From Hormiphora californensis (taxonomy: Eukaryota; Animalia; Ctenophora), in NCBI GenBank assembly GCA_020137815.1, contig CM035350.1:4712001-4776000 (forward strand): a stretch of 64,000 bases of DNA. The letters are read 5' to 3'. Below, piece after piece: positions 58,729-64,000 of this stretch (position 1 is its first letter; each line of letters opens with the position of its first letter). The notes under the pieces were generated by a model that did not search any database, was not told the origin of the DNA, and was given only the letters and a program-made list of their open reading frames with translations. The position numbers and the translations under genes are program-made.

Positions 58729-58813
58729 AAATATTCCCTCATTTATATATAGTTTTTCAAGATCAAATACTGATACGTCCCTCTCATTATATAATCGTGT
58801 ATAAATTGTCCTT

Positions 58814-60516
<1,703 letters not shown>

Positions 60517-61404
60517 CTGGGGAGGGGAAGACGGGGGGTTTATTTGTTTGTTTATGGATGCAATGTCTGAGGAAAGACGGGGATTAATATAATAAGTGTA
60601 CAGAAAATATTTCCTATTGTAGAATAATAATGGTGAGTTGTGGGAGGGCAGAGGAGTGGCGATTGTACGAGGCCCTCGCTTGGAGAGATGGGCCAGAGCG
60701 AGTAGCTAGAGAAATTGTCCCTTGGTGTCTTCCACGAAACTAAATTCAGTTTAGTGTTGAAATTTAGATTTTAGAAATAAAGTTAGTGAGCGATTTCTTT
60801 TTCGCTAAACTTTATAGATACTATAGTCCACGAACCATGTTTTCGGGGCTTGGTCCGACCCACGTGATACTGAGGTGTTATACATGTGATACTGATAGAA
60901 TGTGACACCCAATAGGCACTCTCTCTTTTCCATCACGTGAAGATATCAGCGTGACATACAGGGTGTTTCAGAAAGTAGTTTTCACTTTGAAAAAGTACAA
61001 TATCGGACCCAATGTATAGATAATTGGTGTTAATCAATTGCCCATACAATCAGATAGAAGATCTATCATGCCCTCTGCTGGTTCGGGTCTGAAAGATTGA
61101 AGATTTACAATATCATGAATATATTCTGAATGAATTGTAAGCAAATTTTAGATTCTACTCCACCTGGAGTGTCCCAACTCAATTAGCTAAATATGGTCAA
61201 TCAGAATTCAGAAACAATTTATGGATTTAGAAGTAATATAACTCATTTTCTTTATAGTTTAAAAAATTTATTTATCATATAATTAAAAGGACATGAAATA
61301 TGGCACATCTATAAGTTATAACAGCTCCCACAGTATATAATAGTTTTATACAAGCCACATGTTATTTCCGATGGCATGTCAATATATTGTCCCTCCCCAC
61401 GTCC

Positions 61405-62406
61405 TCATCGTGTCATGCGATTCAGCTTCACTCTAACACACATCAACCTCCACCTTACCGAATCACATAATTTCTTCCACACAATCCTATTAACGTACAG
61501 CCGGAAACTCTTCAGAGTAGCATAGAATATTATCCCTGTAGTACAGCTCTTGGTATATAGGGCGATAATAAGAAACCTCCGAAACCGATAGTGTACCAAG
61601 AAAGATAGTTCTGGAAGGCTCCGTTGAGGAATGTTGACGAATAATACCAAGAGAACGAGAGGGAGGGTAAAGACAATGTCTGTTATGGCGATCCAGTAAA
61701 GGGCTTTTACTGCCCGCCGGTGTAGCTGTTTGAATTTCAAAGTGGCCAGATTTGATACCCGCCTTGCTAGGATGTAACAGATAATAGTGTTGGTAATTTG
61801 TGGACAGAAGTGGAACACAATGATGTATAATATACTTCCTACCATTACACTTGTTTCCAAAGGTTCAAACTCGCGTCTACACACATCTTTTGTTGCGTCA
61901 TAGGAAGTTGTGTAGCTAGGGTTGAACACGGCAAAAATGAAAACCACAATGCCCAAACTCCAGGAGCCTATGACGTAGAGATACCCCTCAGGCCACAAAC
62001 TGAGTCTACGGGCCATTATGGGCTTGTTCATTGAAAGGAACTTCTCTAAATTCAGTGACATGGAAAGCAGAAAGGAGGGTAGGACAAGAGGGATTGTAGG
62101 ATAGCCAAAAACTTGACAAGTCAACAAGTCCAACTTCCGTCTGCAGACAAACACATAAATGAGCGGTCCAAAGTTGAACAATCCAATTATTAGATTGCTA
62201 ATTGCCAGGTTCCTCATAATGAACATTGATGTGTGGCTACAATAAATGGCTTTACGTCGTGTCGCCCCGATCACTACAGTGTTGGTAGAGACGTTTAAAA
62301 TCAGGGCAGTTACAATCCATCCAGTGAATAACATCTGCTCAACAAACACTCCGTTATCGTAGTAATATATTTCAATAACAAAACTCCCATTCCTTGGAGG
62401 CATCAT
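61405..62406 (-). CDS. Divergent class A GPCR, intronless (probable start MMPPRNGS at 62406)
   Basis: Seven TM segments; NLAISNL (TM2), TCQVFGY, LNLEKF (DRY variant), ECL2 Cys; N-glycosylation sequon NGS. The longer ORF-track start lies inside a MITE. Confidence 0.8.
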   Translation of the reverse strand: MMPPRNGSFVIEIYYYDNGVFVEQMLFTGWIVTALILNVSTNTVVIGATRRKAIYCSHTSMFIMRNLAISNLIIGLFNFGPLIYVFVCRRKLDLLTCQVFGYPTIPLVLPSFLLSMSLNLEKFLSMNKPIMARRLSLWPEGYLYVIGSWSLGIVVFIFAVFNPSYTTSYDATKDVCRREFEPLETSVMVGSILYIIVFHFCPQITNTIICYILARRVSNLATLKFKQLHRRAVKALYWIAITDIVFTLPLVLLVLFVNIPQRSLPELSFLVHYRFRRFLIIALYTKSCTTGIIFYATLKSFRLYVNRIVWKKLCDSVRWRLMCVRVKLNRMTR

Positions 62407-62555
62407 CTTCGGCCTCGACGGGGAAGTTAAATAATTAACATGACATGGTGGGGAAATTAAACTAAATAATGACATGGGGGGATGGGAGCTGTTCACCCCT
62501 CCCCAGCTTCTATAGGAAACAAGCAAGGGTGTAGCATACTTTACAGAATAATATA

Positions 62556-62727
62556 CAGTCCGACCCCGATTTAACGGCACCCTCGGGGGAAAGGGTTTTG
62601 TCCGTTAAATCGGGGTGTCCGCTAAATCGGGGTCAAATACTGTTGTTTTTCTATATTGGGGGAAGATTATGCTGCCGTTAAATCGGGGTGCCGCTAAATC
62701 GGGGGCCGTTAAATCGGGGTCCGACTG
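62556..62727. mobile_element. pogo/Tigger-type MITE
   Basis: TA|CAGTCCGACCCCGATTTAACGG...CCGTTAAATCGGGGTCCGACTG|TA with internal TAAATCGGGG repeats. Confidence 0.9.
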
Positions 62728-62827
62728 TAGTATAAGAACCTTTCTAAATGTGACAAATCCAGGGGTGTAGGAATGATTCAAGTGAGGGGGCGAAGTCACT
62801 CTATCACTGATAGAGTGACTTCGGCCT

Positions 62828-63010
62828 CTATGACGTAGAGATACCCCTCAGGCCACAAACTGAGTCTCCGGGCCATTATGGGCTTGTTCATTGAAAGGAA
62901 TTTCTCTAAATTCAGTGACATGGAAAGCAGAAAGGAGGGTAGGACAAGAGGGATTTTAGGATAGCCAAAAACTTGACAAGTCAACAAGTCCAACTTGCGT
63001 CTGCAGACAA
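62828..63010 (-). pseudogene. 183-bp duplicated fragment of the adjacent GPCR (TM3-TM4)
   Basis: Near-identical to 61968-62150, with about four substitutions. Confidence 0.9.
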
Positions 63011-63772
63011 TGCATACACCATATAGACCTGTCAGGCCAATGCTCTGACCACAGTTCTCGCGCGCTCCGAGAAATGAGAATAGGGTCAGGCCAATGCTCT
63101 GACAGATATAGACCGAGTATCAAAAACAAGGTTTTCATTAATGCAAATAAGGTCAGCAGTCAAAGTTGAACTGAAAGCTGAACAGAAGGGTATTTAAAAG
63201 CATTTAAGTTTTAACTCTTTCCTTGCACCTTGCCCTAAAACAGTGACATCAATTTTTTTTGAGCGTCTCTCCTTTATCTTTTGTATCTCTCTCTCACTTC
63301 TTATCTTTCTCAACTATCGTGCGTTTAAAAAGCTGCTGTCCCTTATTTCTGTGCTGAAAAGTGACCGTTAATCGTTACAGGAATCTGAGACTGAGTCTAT
63401 TCAGGATATTATTGACGAGATTCTTGGAACAAAGTGGTTTAATGGAGTACCGATGCAGTTACAGTGCTGCTTGTAGTCGTATTACCGTAATAGAAATACA
63501 GTAAGGAGACGCGCACGTTGCATAACGCGCGGCAAAAAGTGCATGTGTTCAGCACGTACTAGCGCCCTGATTGGCCACGGTTGCGCGTCGTCTTACTGTA
63601 TCTCAGTTTTCCATTACCGTTTTCCCACTACAAGCGACCAGTGTAAGTTCTTCACACATTTGACAGGTGTTAGTACTCCCTTTGTCAACCGAAACACACT
63701 ATTGCAGATCAGATTACCCCTTCTAAAACGAGTTAACACATTATTCAGCCAACTATGATTGTTTTGTTATAC

Positions 63773-63959
63773 CTCCTTCCTCCTGCTCTCGGCCACCGCC
63801 TCCTCTGGGGTATCTAGAGATGAAGTTGTCAGGGAGAACCTGGCTGATATAGCCCGGTGGAACAAGGATTCTAGATCTGGAGCGGTGTTTGCTAGGAATG
63901 AGTTCTTGGCTCTTACTGAGACGGAGGTCAATGAATTGTTGAGAATTCACGATATGGAC
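63773..63959 (-). CDS. Possible internal exon of an unidentified gene
   Basis: Polypyrimidine+CAG acceptor, GT donor, and a single open frame (VHIVNSQQFIDLRLSKSQELIP...). No family recognised, and it does not look like cullin. Confidence 0.3.
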
Positions 63960-64000
63960 CTGGTTGAGGGAGAGAGGACGGGAGTTGAGACTACTACTAC

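Overview
Eukaryotic, gene-dense, short-intron animal genomic DNA. It is most likely a cydippid ctenophore (Pleurobrachia-like), inferred from the MITE families, the divergent intronless GPCRs and the extensive gene nesting. No prokaryotic features were found. From 5' to 3': (1) the 3' part of a WDR97/WDR87-like gene (+), with two tandem CYP46-like P450 genes nested antisense in one intron; (2) six tightly packed minus-strand genes (ankyrin-WGR-PARP, BPI/LBP, ING, NADK2, ATG101, CDPF1), nearly all with a 3' splice acceptor a few nt before the ATG, suggesting an SL trans-spliced operon; (3) a young 5'-truncated L2/CR1 LINE; (4) a plus-strand trio of C6orf118-like, PEX13 and C6orf163-like, the last hosting a GPCR and a cathepsin L with a silicatein-like ACY motif; (5) a degenerate HLH-Orange gene hosting an antisense tandem-DEP protein with a LIR-like motif; (6) an island of non-autonomous DNA transposons and minisatellites, including a 1.6-kb foldback built from E2F-like sites and an array of RFX X-box-like units; (7) the 3' part of a CUL2-like gene with another GPCR apparently in its intron. 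The PARP has a single-base frameshift that separates its catalytic Glu from the His and Tyr. Exon boundaries were read by eye and family calls come from recalled motifs; no searches were run.
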